Shown: positions 50,015 to 59,897 of the stretch, in pieces
How positions within the stretch are numbered: position 1 is the stretch's first letter
How the letters are laid out: each line of letters opens with the position of its first letter
Source: Vicinamibacteria bacterium
Lineage (GTDB): Bacteria; Acidobacteriota; Vicinamibacteria; Marinacidobacterales; Marinacidobacteraceae
Assembly (NCBI GenBank): GCA_963668695.2
Contig: CAXXLQ010000004.1
Location: 1,984,001-2,048,000, forward strand
Direction of reading: 5' to 3'
Length of the DNA stretch: 64,000 nucleotides
Program-made: the position numbers and the translations under genes
Notes under the pieces: generated by a model
Told to the model about the DNA's origin: nothing
Databases searched by the model: none
What the model saw: the letters and a program-made list of their open reading frames with translations, nothing else

Positions 50015-53000
50015 ATGAGATCTTTTTTGTTTAGGACCGTTGCGTTGCTCGGCGTTCTGGGACTCGCGACGGGCGCTTTCGCCCAGACGTTCCAGGGCGG
50101 CATTCGCGGTGTGATTCGGGACGCCGACGGTGGCGTCCTTCCCGGCGTCACCGTGACGCTGAACAACCCGGACACTGGCGTGTCCCGGACCGCGGTTGCA
50201 AACGCAGTCGGGGAGTACAACTTCTCGAGCGTCCAGCCCGGCACCTTCACGCTCCGCGCTGAACTGAGCGGCTTCGCGCCGTACGTGAGCGAAGGGCTCA
50301 TCATCGGCGTTTCTTCGTTCCTGGTCTTGGACGCCACGCTCGTGATCGGTGGAATTGAAGAGACGGTGACCGTCACCGGCGAAACCCCGCTCATCGAGAC
50401 CGCGACCGCTTCGGTTGCTTCGTCCGTCACCCGGGCCGAACTCGACGTGCTGCCGACCCCGGGCCGGAACGTGTTCATCCTCGCGGTGGGCACGCCGAAC
50501 GTGGTCCACACCGGCAACCCGGTATGGGTGAAGCAGTCCGACCAGACGAACTCGTCCCTCCTCTCGCTGGGCGGCGGACCGCTCCGCGGCAACAACTACA
50601 CCGTGGACGGCGTCTCGACGACCGACCTCCGAAACCGCACCGCGATCATCCCGATCTTCGACGCGGTTCAGGAAATGAAGGTCCAGATCAACACCTACGA
50701 CGCCGAAATGGGCCGCACCGGCGGCGGCGTCTTCAACGTGATCGCCCGTGGCGGCACGAACAACTGGGCCGGCGGCGGCACCTGGCAGAAGCGCCCGGGC
50801 AAAGTGGACACGCTCTGGCGCGCGCTCTCCTACACCGACCAGTTGTCCTCTGACGCCAACCCGGACAGGACGTTCGCCGACCGTCCCTTCGACCTGTGGG
50901 GCGGCTCCTTCGGCGGCCCGATCCTGTCGGACCGGACCTTCTTCTGGGCGGCGGCCGAGGGATTCGAGGATCTCCTCGCCGACAACACCGAGGTCATCAT
51001 CCCCACTTCCGCCGAGGCGGCGGGCGACTTCTCCGGGAGCGGGACGACGATCTACAACCCGTTCGACCTCGACGCGAACGGAAACCGGCGGCCCTTCCCC
51101 GGGAACGTGATCCCGTCCCACATGGTCGACCCGGCGGGCCGCGGGCTGGCGCAGTTGCTGACCAACCTGGGGCCGGGCGGTCCGATCAGCTCCTCCGGAG
51201 CCCAGGCCACGACCGCGCTCCAGGCCGACCTGAACCTGACGCACGCCTTCTCGGACAACTGGCAGTCTTCGCTGAGCTACCTGTACTACACGTCGAAGGA
51301 AGGCGCCTTCCAGCAGTACACGGACCTGCTGGGTTTGGACAGCGCCCCCGCCTACGGGATCGGCGCTGCGGACCTGCTCCGGGACGTGCACGTGGTGGCC
51401 TTCAACAACACCTTCGTGGTGGGCGACGCCTCGGTGTTGACGCTGCGCTACGGCCAGATGTACTTCAACGACTCGGTGATCAATCCGGAGTACGGCATTG
51501 ACCAGATCCGGGGCGAGCTCGGTATCCAGGGCGGCTTCCTGGATCAGATCGGCGCGCAGGACGGCTACATCAGTCAGTTCCCATCGGTCAGCGTCTCCAA
51601 CTTCGGCGACGGCGGTTCGACGCACGGCTCCTGGGGCAATACCGACACCCAGTGGTGGTCGCGTGAGGTCAGCGGCACCTACTCGATGTTCCTCGGCAAC
51701 CACACTGTGAAGTACGGCGGACAGTGGCGGCGCATGGGTCTCCACAACGCGAGTTTCAGCAACGGCTTCAGTATGAGCTTCGCGCAGAAGTTCACCCAGG
51801 GCCCGAGCCCCACCGCGCCGGACAGCGGCTCCGGGAGCGGCTTGGCTGACCTGCTGCTCGGCATCCCGAACGGCGGCAGCGCCACGATCGCCCAGGCGGC
51901 CGACGTCTTCATCGACTACTACGGTGGCTTCATCCAGGACGACTGGCGCCCGAGCCAGAACCTGGTGCTGAACCTCGGACTCCGGGTGGAGCGCGAGAGC
52001 GGCCTCATGGAGGACGACAACGGCTTCGCCGTCGGCTGGGACCGGAGCAATCCTTACCCGATGCAGGTCGGCCTGGACACGAGTCTCGAGGGGTCCCTTC
52101 CGGGCTTCCCGCTCCGCGGCGGGCTCATGTATGCGGGCCTCGACGGCAACCCCACCCACCAGTGGGATCCGCCGGGTATCAAGCTCGGACCGCGCGTCGG
52201 CTTCGCCTACACGATCAACCCCGAGACCGTCATCCGTGGCGGTTACGCGGTCTTCTGGGCGCCCTACGCAATCCCGAGCGGCGGCGGCGCGTCGAACCTC
52301 GGGACCTACGGCTACACCAACGTCACCTCCCTCGCGACCAGTGTCGACGGCAAGACCCCGCCGACGGCGACCGCTTCGAACCCGTTCCCGAACGGCATCG
52401 GGAACCCGATCGGGAATGCCAACGGCCGCTTGCAGAACATCGGCGGGAACGTGTACTTCAACGAGCAGTTCCGCGCTTCGCCCTACATCAACAAGTGGTC
52501 CCTCGACCTCCAGCGCGACATCGGCAACGACCTCGCGGTGAAGATCGGCTACGTCGGCAGCCAGGGCGCCGACATCCCCATCGGCGGCACGAACAACTCG
52601 TCCATCAACATTAACCAGTTGGCTGACCAATACCTGTCGCTGGGCGACCGGTTGAACGACGAATATCCCAACCCGTTTTACGGTGATTCGCGCTTCGGGA
52701 GTTTCTCGGGTGCGGAAACGCTGCCGCTCGGCCAGCTCCTGCGTCCGTATCCGCACTTCCGGAACGTCTTGGCCCGCCACGTGAGTTCCGGCAAGTCGCT
52801 CTATAACGCCCTCCGGGTGGAGTTCGAGAAGCGGTTCCGGGGCAACTGGGGCGCCCGGATCAACTACACCTTCACGAAGCACGAGGACAACATCTACGAG
52901 AACAACCAGTTGCTGGAGAACGAGACGAACGTCATCTACAACACGCCCGACGAGTGTGCATTCGCCAAATGCGGGCCGCTGTCGGACGCCGACTACGGCC

Positions 53001-53527
53001 CGTCGCGGGTCCACGTGCCGCACCAGTTCAACATCAACGGCACCTACCGCACCCCCGGAGACAACCCGATCTTCAGCGGCTGGGCGCTTTCAGTGGTGAC
53101 GATCATGCGGAGCGGTTTCCCGGTGGTGGTCTACCAGAACTCGAACCCGCTGAGTTCCTACGGCTTCAACCACCAGCGGCCCACGAGCGCGAACCTGAGC
53201 GGCGGCGGCAACCCGACGGGAAACCACACCAGTTACCTTTCGGCTGGCGACGCGCAGCTCACCCAGGGACTCACGCTGAGCAACTCTCCGAACACCACGG
53301 CCTCGGTGCGCAGCCCGGTCCTCATCAACTGGGACGTCGCGCTCGAGAAGACCACGCGGATCTACGAGGACATGAACCTGACCCTGCGGTTCGAGTTCAT
53401 TGACCTCTTCAACCACGTGAATTGGCGCGGACCCCGCACGATTCTCGGTAACAGCAACTTCGGGAGCATCCCGGGTACCCGCGGCTACCCGAGGACCTTC
53501 CAGTTCATGGGCAAGATCACCTTCTAG
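50015..53527 (+). CDS. TonB-dependent receptor, Oar-like
   Basis: Carboxypeptidase-regulatory N-domain, ETVTVTG, YDAEMGRTGGG, FIQDDW, PRVGFAY, C-terminal F. Confidence 0.93.
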   Translation: MRSFLFRTVALLGVLGLATGAFAQTFQGGIRGVIRDADGGVLPGVTVTLNNPDTGVSRTAVANAVGEYNFSSVQPGTFTLRAELSGFAPYVSEGLIIGVSSFLVLDATLVIGGIEETVTVTGETPLIETATASVASSVTRAELDVLPTPGRNVFILAVGTPNVVHTGNPVWVKQSDQTNSSLLSLGGGPLRGNNYTVDGVSTTDLRNRTAIIPIFDAVQEMKVQINTYDAEMGRTGGGVFNVIARGGTNNWAGGGTWQKRPGKVDTLWRALSYTDQLSSDANPDRTFADRPFDLWGGSFGGPILSDRTFFWAAAEGFEDLLADNTEVIIPTSAEAAGDFSGSGTTIYNPFDLDANGNRRPFPGNVIPSHMVDPAGRGLAQLLTNLGPGGPISSSGAQATTALQADLNLTHAFSDNWQSSLSYLYYTSKEGAFQQYTDLLGLDSAPAYGIGAADLLRDVHVVAFNNTFVVGDASVLTLRYGQMYFNDSVINPEYGIDQIRGELGIQGGFLDQIGAQDGYISQFPSVSVSNFGDGGSTHGSWGNTDTQWWSREVSGTYSMFLGNHTVKYGGQWRRMGLHNASFSNGFSMSFAQKFTQGPSPTAPDSGSGSGLADLLLGIPNGGSATIAQAADVFIDYYGGFIQDDWRPSQNLVLNLGLRVERESGLMEDDNGFAVGWDRSNPYPMQVGLDTSLEGSLPGFPLRGGLMYAGLDGNPTHQWDPPGIKLGPRVGFAYTINPETVIRGGYAVFWAPYAIPSGGGASNLGTYGYTNVTSLATSVDGKTPPTATASNPFPNGIGNPIGNANGRLQNIGGNVYFNEQFRASPYINKWSLDLQRDIGNDLAVKIGYVGSQGADIPIGGTNNSSININQLADQYLSLGDRLNDEYPNPFYGDSRFGSFSGAETLPLGQLLRPYPHFRNVLARHVSSGKSLYNALRVEFEKRFRGNWGARINYTFTKHEDNIYENNQLLENETNVIYNTPDECAFAKCGPLSDADYGPSRVHVPHQFNINGTYRTPGDNPIFSGWALSVVTIMRSGFPVVVYQNSNPLSSYGFNHQRPTSANLSGGGNPTGNHTSYLSAGDAQLTQGLTLSNSPNTTASVRSPVLINWDVALEKTTRIYEDMNLTLRFEFIDLFNHVNWRGPRTILGNSNFGSIPGTRGYPRTFQFMGKITF

Positions 53528-53548
53528 GCGATCTCAACCCAGAACCTT

Positions 53549-53580
53549 GGGGGCGGGCCTTCGGGCCCGCCCCTTTTTTT
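53549..53580 (+). terminator. Rho-independent terminator
   Basis: GGGGCGGGCC-TTCG-GGCCCGCCCC followed by a T run. Confidence 0.88.
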
Positions 53581-53592
53581 GTCGGAGCGCCG

Positions 53593-53828
53593 TGGAGCGC
53601 CGGTCTCTGACCGGCATCGTGGCCCGCAGGGCCACGAAACTCCCATCGCCAGTCCCCGTATGGCGCAGCAGGCAACGAGGATGGCGCAGCGCCACCTAGG
53701 CGTCCCCAGGGCGTTTCGCCGTCCCCGGTTAGGCCCGGTGAATCGGCGAGCATGACGATGGGAGTTTCGCGGCCTTCGGCCGCGATGCCGGCCACTTCTC
53801 CCGGTGGGGGCCTCCAGACCGGCGCTCC
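53593..53828. repeat. Inverted pair of REP-like hairpins
   Basis: GGAGCGCCGGTCTCTGACCGGCATCG ... CGATGCCGG...AGACCGGCGCTCC. Confidence 0.72.
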
Positions 53829-53868
53829 TAGCGCAACGCCACCCCCCCCCCCCGAGCAACGCCACCCC

Positions 53869-55911
53869 CTACTCCCCCTGACCCCGGCTCCTCCAGACCC
53901 GTCCCTGCCGGTAGAACGCGAGCCGGTCCCGAATCTCCCGAGCGAATGCGGCTTCCCCGGCGGCGCTGGCTTGCGAGGCCGCAAGCTCCGCCGTCCTTAC
54001 CGCCAACTCGAAATCGCCGTCCGCGGCGTAAACCGCCGCGAGCAGATCGAGCGCGCGCGGCTCCTGGTACCCCCCGAAGCCTGCGAGCCGCTCCGCCAGC
54101 CGCCTCGCTTCCGTGACGTCCCTCACATCGGCATCGGGATCGGGATCGAGCGCGAGCAGCCGCGCCAGGGCGTCGAGGACCGCCGGCGCGTCCGAATCCA
54201 GTTCGTGCGCGGTGCGGAGCGCTTCGTCGGCCTCCCGCAGTTCACGCCGGCGCCACCGGGTGAGCCCCAGCTCGAGCCACGGCCCGGGCGAGGAGCTCTC
54301 CAGCTCTACCGCAGCCAGGCCCTCCCGCAGCGCCTCCTCAAGACGCTCAGCCTCCCGATAGGCCGAGCCCAGCCGGGAAGCCACGACGGAGGAACCCGCA
54401 TTCAGGCTACGGGCTGCTTCGAGGGGTTCGACCGCCCCGGGGCCGTCGCCTCGCTGGAGGCGGAGGTCGCCCAGATCGAAGAACGCCTGCGCCGCTTCCG
54501 GCTCCATTGAGGTGGCCCGCGTCAGCGCCGCCTCAGCCGACTCGGGCCGTCCGGTTTCGCGGAGGAGCGCCGCGGCCTTGAGCAGGCGCTGGTAGTCGGG
54601 TCCGGACTCGAGACCCCGTTCCAGGGTTTCAACGGCGGTGGCCTGAAGTCCCTGGGCGAACAGGAGTTCTCCGAGACCCACGAGCAGCCGGGCCTCCTCC
54701 TGCTGGTCGTTCTCACCAGACAACTCGTTCCGGTAGAGGAGTTCCAGATACTGGAGTTCCGCACGCTCCCCGGGCGAACCGGGGGCCGGAGGCGCGCCCT
54801 GAACGCGGATCCGGTGATCGGTGAAGGCGGCGCCCGGAAAGACCTCCTCCCGAAGCGGCAGGTGGCAGGCGAGGCAATCCGAGGCCGCGGTGACGCGCTC
54901 GTAGTCGTGGAGCGCCGCCGGGTCCTCGTGGCAGCGGCGGCAGATGGTTCGACTCCGTTCGGCGACGGAACTCTCGGCCCGATGCGGGTCGTGACAGTCG
55001 GTACAGGAAATCGTGCGCTCCGGAGAGGGCGTCCGGAAGCAGGCGCTCATCATCAGGCTGCCGGCGGCGTGGCGGGCGAGGCCGGAGTCCCGCTGGAGGA
55101 CCTGCAGCGGTTCGAAGTCGGTGGGCGTCCGGTGGCACTGGCCGCAGAAACGCACCTCTTCGGCCGGAGCAAGCCGCCCGGGATTGAAGATCAGGCGCGC
55201 GTCCGTGGTTCCCGCGTGCGCTTCGCCCGGCCCGTGGCACCGCTCGCAGCGCACCCCCCACTCCGATTCCGCGAGGTCGGGCGCGGGTCCGTTCCAGGCG
55301 GCCGCGGTCGCGTGGCAGCCGACGCATTCCCGCATTGCCCGCGGAGAGTCGAGATCCCCCAGGGGATGACGGTCGCCCTCCGACCCGGGAGTTTCGATCC
55401 ACGCGTTCCGTCCGTGCGACCAGGTGACCCGGAGTTCCCGCATCCCGCCTTCAGCGGTGAAGTGAACCGGGGTGACGCCCCGCAGGCCCGAGCCGAAGAC
55501 GGCATGGACCGCGGCGCTCTCGCCCGACGGGTCCACGAGGGCCACGCCTGCCTCGGTCCGCAGGTAGCGGGGCCGCTCGTCGGCATCCGGCCCCGGGCTT
55601 CTCCACTGGACGGAGGTGTTCAGCCGTTCTTCCGAAAACCACGGGTCGGCCGCCTCCGGAAGGAGCGCCACACCGGTGCGCGCCATCGGGTGCGCCTCCT
55701 GCTCGGCGGCAATGTCGGCGTGGCAGGCCGAGCAGACCTGAGGTCCTGTGAGGGAGCCGGGGCGTGCTCTTCCTTCCCACTCTCCGAGCAGTTCCTTCCG
55801 GTCGGGCGGTTGCCGGGAGCGCGCTTCCGAAGGGAGGAGGAACCCGGCCAGGAAGGAGGCTGGCACAAGGACGAGTCCGACTCGCAGGAGCGTCGGCAAG
55901 GAGCGGTGCAT
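53869..55911 (-). CDS. Multiheme c-type cytochrome with C-terminal TPRs
   Basis: Seven CxxCH motifs (CSACH, CVGCH, CERCH, CGQCH, CTDCH, CRRCH, CLACH); TPR tail. Confidence 0.88.
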   Translation of the reverse strand: MHRSLPTLLRVGLVLVPASFLAGFLLPSEARSRQPPDRKELLGEWEGRARPGSLTGPQVCSACHADIAAEQEAHPMARTGVALLPEAADPWFSEERLNTSVQWRSPGPDADERPRYLRTEAGVALVDPSGESAAVHAVFGSGLRGVTPVHFTAEGGMRELRVTWSHGRNAWIETPGSEGDRHPLGDLDSPRAMRECVGCHATAAAWNGPAPDLAESEWGVRCERCHGPGEAHAGTTDARLIFNPGRLAPAEEVRFCGQCHRTPTDFEPLQVLQRDSGLARHAAGSLMMSACFRTPSPERTISCTDCHDPHRAESSVAERSRTICRRCHEDPAALHDYERVTAASDCLACHLPLREEVFPGAAFTDHRIRVQGAPPAPGSPGERAELQYLELLYRNELSGENDQQEEARLLVGLGELLFAQGLQATAVETLERGLESGPDYQRLLKAAALLRETGRPESAEAALTRATSMEPEAAQAFFDLGDLRLQRGDGPGAVEPLEAARSLNAGSSVVASRLGSAYREAERLEEALREGLAAVELESSSPGPWLELGLTRWRRRELREADEALRTAHELDSDAPAVLDALARLLALDPDPDADVRDVTEARRLAERLAGFGGYQEPRALDLLAAVYAADGDFELAVRTAELAASQASAAGEAAFAREIRDRLAFYRQGRVWRSRGQGE

Positions 55912-56058
55912 CAGGGGAGGACCGGCAGGCTGTCGCCATGCTAGCGGGTGTTCCCACACCCCATGCCGCCGGCACGGACAGGAATTGGGTTTACCGACAG
56001 CGCCCGGAAGGAACCCGATGAAACCTTCGGGATCGAATCTGCGCCCTCGGGGCGCGGC

Positions 56059-56478
56059 TCAACCGATTGCGGGCGCTTCGACGCCCGCCGACTCTGCAGC
56101 GGCGCGAAGTTGCCTATCCCGGGTGGCGAGCGGAATCCGCAGCCGTCCGGCGAGTTCGAGGTACATCGCATCGTAGGCGGAGATCCCATGCACGCTCGCC
56201 AAGTCGAGGGTTGCACCCCAGGTGCGCGACGCGGAGATCGGATCCACTTCAATGGGCAGCGCGTCGAGGTGGGCGCGAATCGCGGGCCACTCATTCCGGG
56301 TGATCCGACCGCGGCGGGTTGCGGTGAGCAACGCGTTGGAGGTCTCGATCGGCCAGAGCGCCGGTACGAACGCCCGAGTCTCCAGGAGGGAGTCCCTCAG
56401 CCGGTCTGTTGCATCCGTTGCCTCGTCGGAGAAGACCCATGCCATCGTGACCGAAGTGTCGAGCACGAACGCCATCAA
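56059..56478 (-). CDS. vapC: VapC/PIN toxin (intact)
   Basis: FVLDTSV, WPIE, SAYDAMYL, LATRD. Confidence 0.92.
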   Translation of the reverse strand: MMAFVLDTSVTMAWVFSDEATDATDRLRDSLLETRAFVPALWPIETSNALLTATRRGRITRNEWPAIRAHLDALPIEVDPISASRTWGATLDLASVHGISAYDAMYLELAGRLRIPLATRDRQLRAAAESAGVEAPAIG

Positions 56479-56717
56479 AAACGCCGTCCTTCCTCGATCA
56501 GTTGGCGAACTGACAACCCGCCGAGGCTGTGATCCCGTTGGAATTCCTTCAGGCCCTCGATGGCCGCTCGGATTCTTTCCGTATCTCGCTTCTGGAAGGG
56601 AATCAGCTCGGCCACGGGATGGCTGTGCCGGGTGATGACAAATCGTTCCCCCTGCTGCACACGCCTGAGGAGCGCAGGCAGATGTGTCTTCGCTTCGAAC
56701 GCGCCAACTTCGGACAT
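56475..56717 (-). CDS. Phd/YefM antitoxin
   Basis: VGAFEAKTHLPALLRRVQQGERFVITRH; overlaps the toxin start. Confidence 0.92.
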   Translation of the reverse strand: MSEVGAFEAKTHLPALLRRVQQGERFVITRHSHPVAELIPFQKRDTERIRAAIEGLKEFQRDHSLGGLSVRQLIEEGRRF

Positions 56718-56866
56718 CGGTAACCTCCCTTTTGCAGGAACAAGACGGTACTCAGACTAGTCTATCTTGGCGGCATCCGGTGAAATGGCGACAGGGATGC
56801 CAGGGCGCCAGTTGCCGGCGCAGGGGGTCCAAGCCGCTGCTTCCCGCGCGGAAGTACGATCGGGGC

Positions 56867-58180
56867 GTGATCGCACCCCTCCCGCGCCCCGGCCTCGGGT
56901 TCGCGCTCGGCATGGGCTTCTTGGCGCTCACGGCTGCCGGGCAGAGCCCCGGTCCCCCGATCGTGGAGAGCCGGGACATGGAGCCCCAGGTCGGGGAGCT
57001 GCTCGGCCGTCTGGCGGACGAAGTCCGGGCGGGGCCAGCAGACGCCGGAGTCTGGCTCGTCTATGGGGAGACGCTCCATGCTCACGGCCTGATCGCTGAA
57101 GCGGCGGGGTGTTACCGGCGGGCTCTGGAGTTGCTTCCAGGTGGCGATGTCACGCGTCTTACCGCGCACTATTTGCTCGCCCACGCGCTGCGCGGCAGCG
57201 ATCCGGGCGAAGCGGCGGCAACGCTGGCGGCGGGGGTGAACGAGCATCCGGGGTATCCGCCGGCCCTGATTTTTCTGGGAGAGCTTCGGGAGGAACTCGG
57301 AGACCGGGATGGAGCCGCGGCTGCCTATCGGGAGGCCTTGGAGGTGGAGCCGGGGTCAGCGCTGGGCCTCTTCCGTCTGGGCTCGGTCCTGCTCGCGGGT
57401 GGCGACGCCCCGCAGGCCCTTCCCTTGCTTGAGCGTGCCCTGGTGCTGGCGCCGGACGCGGGGGCGGCGCGGTCGGCTCTGGTGCGCGCCTGGAGCGCCG
57501 TCGGAGATCGGGACCGGGCGCGCGAGGTGGCGGACGCCGGAGCGGAGCGCCCCACGGGCGGCCTCCCCGCCCTCGAGGATCCGATCCACTTCCGGATGAA
57601 CGACCGCGATATCTCCTCTCCGCGGCTCCTCGAGAGGGCACGCGCCGCCCGGGGGGAGGGCCGTCTCGGCGACGCGGAGAGCCTCTATCGGGACCTGGCC
57701 CGGATCCGTCCGCGGGACGCCGATGTGCTCGCCGAGTTCGGCGCTGTCCTCGGCGGACGGGACAAGAGCGCGGAAGCGGAACCCTTCTATCGGGACGCAG
57801 TCGCGCTCGACCCGGAACAGGCGCTGGCCCGGTTCGGCCTGGGCGTGCTCCGCGCTCGCGAGGGGAATCTCCCGGCGGCGGAGTACGAGTTCCGCGCGTC
57901 GCTCGAATCGCGGCCCGAGGAACCGCAGACCCACGCCGCGCTCGGGGATGTCCTCCTTCGCCAACGGCGCTTCGAGCCGGCGCTCACCGCTCTCCAGCGC
58001 GCCGGCCAGCTCGACCCGACGGACGCAGCGAGCCGGATCCTGGCCGCGGTGGCGCTCGCCGAACTCGGCCGCTTCCCCGAAGCGTGGGCGGCGGTTCACG
58101 AGGCGCGGGATCTGGGGGCCGAGCCCCCGGAGAGATTCCTCGCTGCGCTCCGCGAAAAGCACCCGGAACCGGGCCGCTGA
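56867..58180 (+). CDS. Secreted TPR protein
   Basis: Signal-like N-terminus and many TPR repeats; start uncertain. Confidence 0.8.
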   Translation: MIAPLPRPGLGFALGMGFLALTAAGQSPGPPIVESRDMEPQVGELLGRLADEVRAGPADAGVWLVYGETLHAHGLIAEAAGCYRRALELLPGGDVTRLTAHYLLAHALRGSDPGEAAATLAAGVNEHPGYPPALIFLGELREELGDRDGAAAAYREALEVEPGSALGLFRLGSVLLAGGDAPQALPLLERALVLAPDAGAARSALVRAWSAVGDRDRAREVADAGAERPTGGLPALEDPIHFRMNDRDISSPRLLERARAARGEGRLGDAESLYRDLARIRPRDADVLAEFGAVLGGRDKSAEAEPFYRDAVALDPEQALARFGLGVLRAREGNLPAAEYEFRASLESRPEEPQTHAALGDVLLRQRRFEPALTALQRAGQLDPTDAASRILAAVALAELGRFPEAWAAVHEARDLGAEPPERFLAALREKHPEPGR

Positions 58181-58226
58181 CGGGGACCCCTTGCATCGTT
58201 GGAATGGGGTTCGCCGCGCAGCGATC

Positions 58227-59858
58227 ATGACGGGTCTCGCTTTCGGCGGGGTGCCCCTCTCGGTGGCTCAGGTGGCGCCCCGCCTCGCAGAGGTCACGAG
58301 GGAGTCGGGCATCGACTTCGTCCACGATCCGGGAGACCTCTCCCGGTTCCCGCTCCCCGCGATCATGGGTTCGGGCGCGGCGCTCTTCGATGCCGACGGG
58401 GATGGGCACCTCGATCTCTACCTGATCCAGGCCGGTCCGCTGCCCGACGATCGGGCTGGAACTTCTCCGGCGGAACTCCCCGGGAACCGGCTCTTCCTCC
58501 GACAACCGGACGGGACATTTCGGGACACCGAAGGGGCGCTCGGACTCGCCGACCGCGCCTACGGCACCGGGGTGGCCGTCGGGGACGTTGACGCGGACGG
58601 GGACCCCGACGTGTTCGTTGCGAACTACGGGCCGGACGCCCTCTACATCGGCGAGGATGGCGCGTTCGAGCGGGCGGATTCCGCGGTGTTCGGCGCGCGC
58701 TGGTCGAGTTCGGCGGTCTTTTGCGACTACGACGGCGACTCGGACCTCGACCTCTACGTCGGCGGCTACCTCGAGAACGATCCGGACCGGGACTGCGTCT
58801 CGGCTTCCGGCGAACCCGACTTCTGCTCTCCCCAGAGCCTCCCTTACGAGCGTGACGGCCTCTACCGCAACCTGGGTGGCGGAACGTTCGAAGATGTCTC
58901 GGGCGAGGCCGGCATCCTGGGCGAACGCCGTCCGGCGCTAGGGGTCCTCTGTCACGATTTCACCGGCGACGGACGCCTCGATTTCTACGTGGCGAACGAC
59001 GGCGAACCCAACCTGCTCTGGGAGCAGAACGAAGACGGGACCTTCGCCGACGCCGCCCTGTTTCTGGGAGTGGCGTTGAACGCGCAGGGACGCTCCGAGG
59101 CCAGCATGGGGGTGCTGCTCGGCGACGTGGATGGCGACGGCGACCTCGACCTCTTCATGACCCACCTGCGCGCCCAGACGAACACGCTCTACCGGAACCA
59201 GGGCGGCGGGTTCGTCGATGACACTCCGGCGATGGGGCTGGGGCTGCCGAGCCTGCCCTGGACCGGGTTCGGAACCCGGTTCCTGGACCTCGAGCTCGAC
59301 GGCGACCTCGACCTCCTGCTGGTGAACGGCGCCGTCGCCCGCGAGGCGGGCTCCTCGTTGGCCGACGGGCTCGGTGCCTACGCCGAGCCGGCCCAGGCTT
59401 TCCTCGGCGACGGGAGCGGCCGGTTCGCGGAAATGGCCTTGGCAGGCTTCACGGACATCCCGGCGGTCGGCCGAGGTCTCGCGACCGGGGATTGGGACCG
59501 GGACGGCGATCTGGACCTGGTGGTGACCAGCGTGGGCGGCCCGGCGCGGCTCTTCGAGAACCGGTCAGCGCGGAGCGGTGCGTTCCTCGTCGTGGAGCCG
59601 CGTGAGTTCGGGCGGCCGAGTCAGGGGGCGGTCGTCACCCTGGAGCTTGGGGAGCGCGCCCTGGTGCGCGCGGTGAATCCCGAAGCCGGCTATCTGACGA
59701 GCAGCGAGCCGGTGGCCCACTTCGGGATTCCGGCGGGGGCGGAGGTTACGGGTTTGCGGATCCGGTGGCCGGATGGAGTCGAAGAACGGTTCGATCCCCC
59801 GCTACTGGACACCCGGGTGGCGGTCGTTCGGTCGGTGGCGCTGCGGGAGCGCCGCTGA
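58227..59858 (+). CDS. CRTAC1 family (FG-GAP + ASPIC/UnbV) protein
   Basis: Repeated DxDGDGDLD motifs; GYLTS..AHFG; IRWPDG. Confidence 0.92.
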   Translation: MTGLAFGGVPLSVAQVAPRLAEVTRESGIDFVHDPGDLSRFPLPAIMGSGAALFDADGDGHLDLYLIQAGPLPDDRAGTSPAELPGNRLFLRQPDGTFRDTEGALGLADRAYGTGVAVGDVDADGDPDVFVANYGPDALYIGEDGAFERADSAVFGARWSSSAVFCDYDGDSDLDLYVGGYLENDPDRDCVSASGEPDFCSPQSLPYERDGLYRNLGGGTFEDVSGEAGILGERRPALGVLCHDFTGDGRLDFYVANDGEPNLLWEQNEDGTFADAALFLGVALNAQGRSEASMGVLLGDVDGDGDLDLFMTHLRAQTNTLYRNQGGGFVDDTPAMGLGLPSLPWTGFGTRFLDLELDGDLDLLLVNGAVAREAGSSLADGLGAYAEPAQAFLGDGSGRFAEMALAGFTDIPAVGRGLATGDWDRDGDLDLVVTSVGGPARLFENRSARSGAFLVVEPREFGRPSQGAVVTLELGERALVRAVNPEAGYLTSSEPVAHFGIPAGAEVTGLRIRWPDGVEERFDPPLLDTRVAVVRSVALRERR

Positions 59859-59897
59859 CCGGGCAAGCCGGCCGGCGCTCCCTTGAATGGTGCGGCC

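Noticed and set aside
49991-53023. 1010-aa antisense ORF and similar long shadow ORFs (e.g. 248-1744, 10150-11826, 24541-26379)
   Set aside because: Antisense or frame shadows of clear genes, as expected in high-GC DNA
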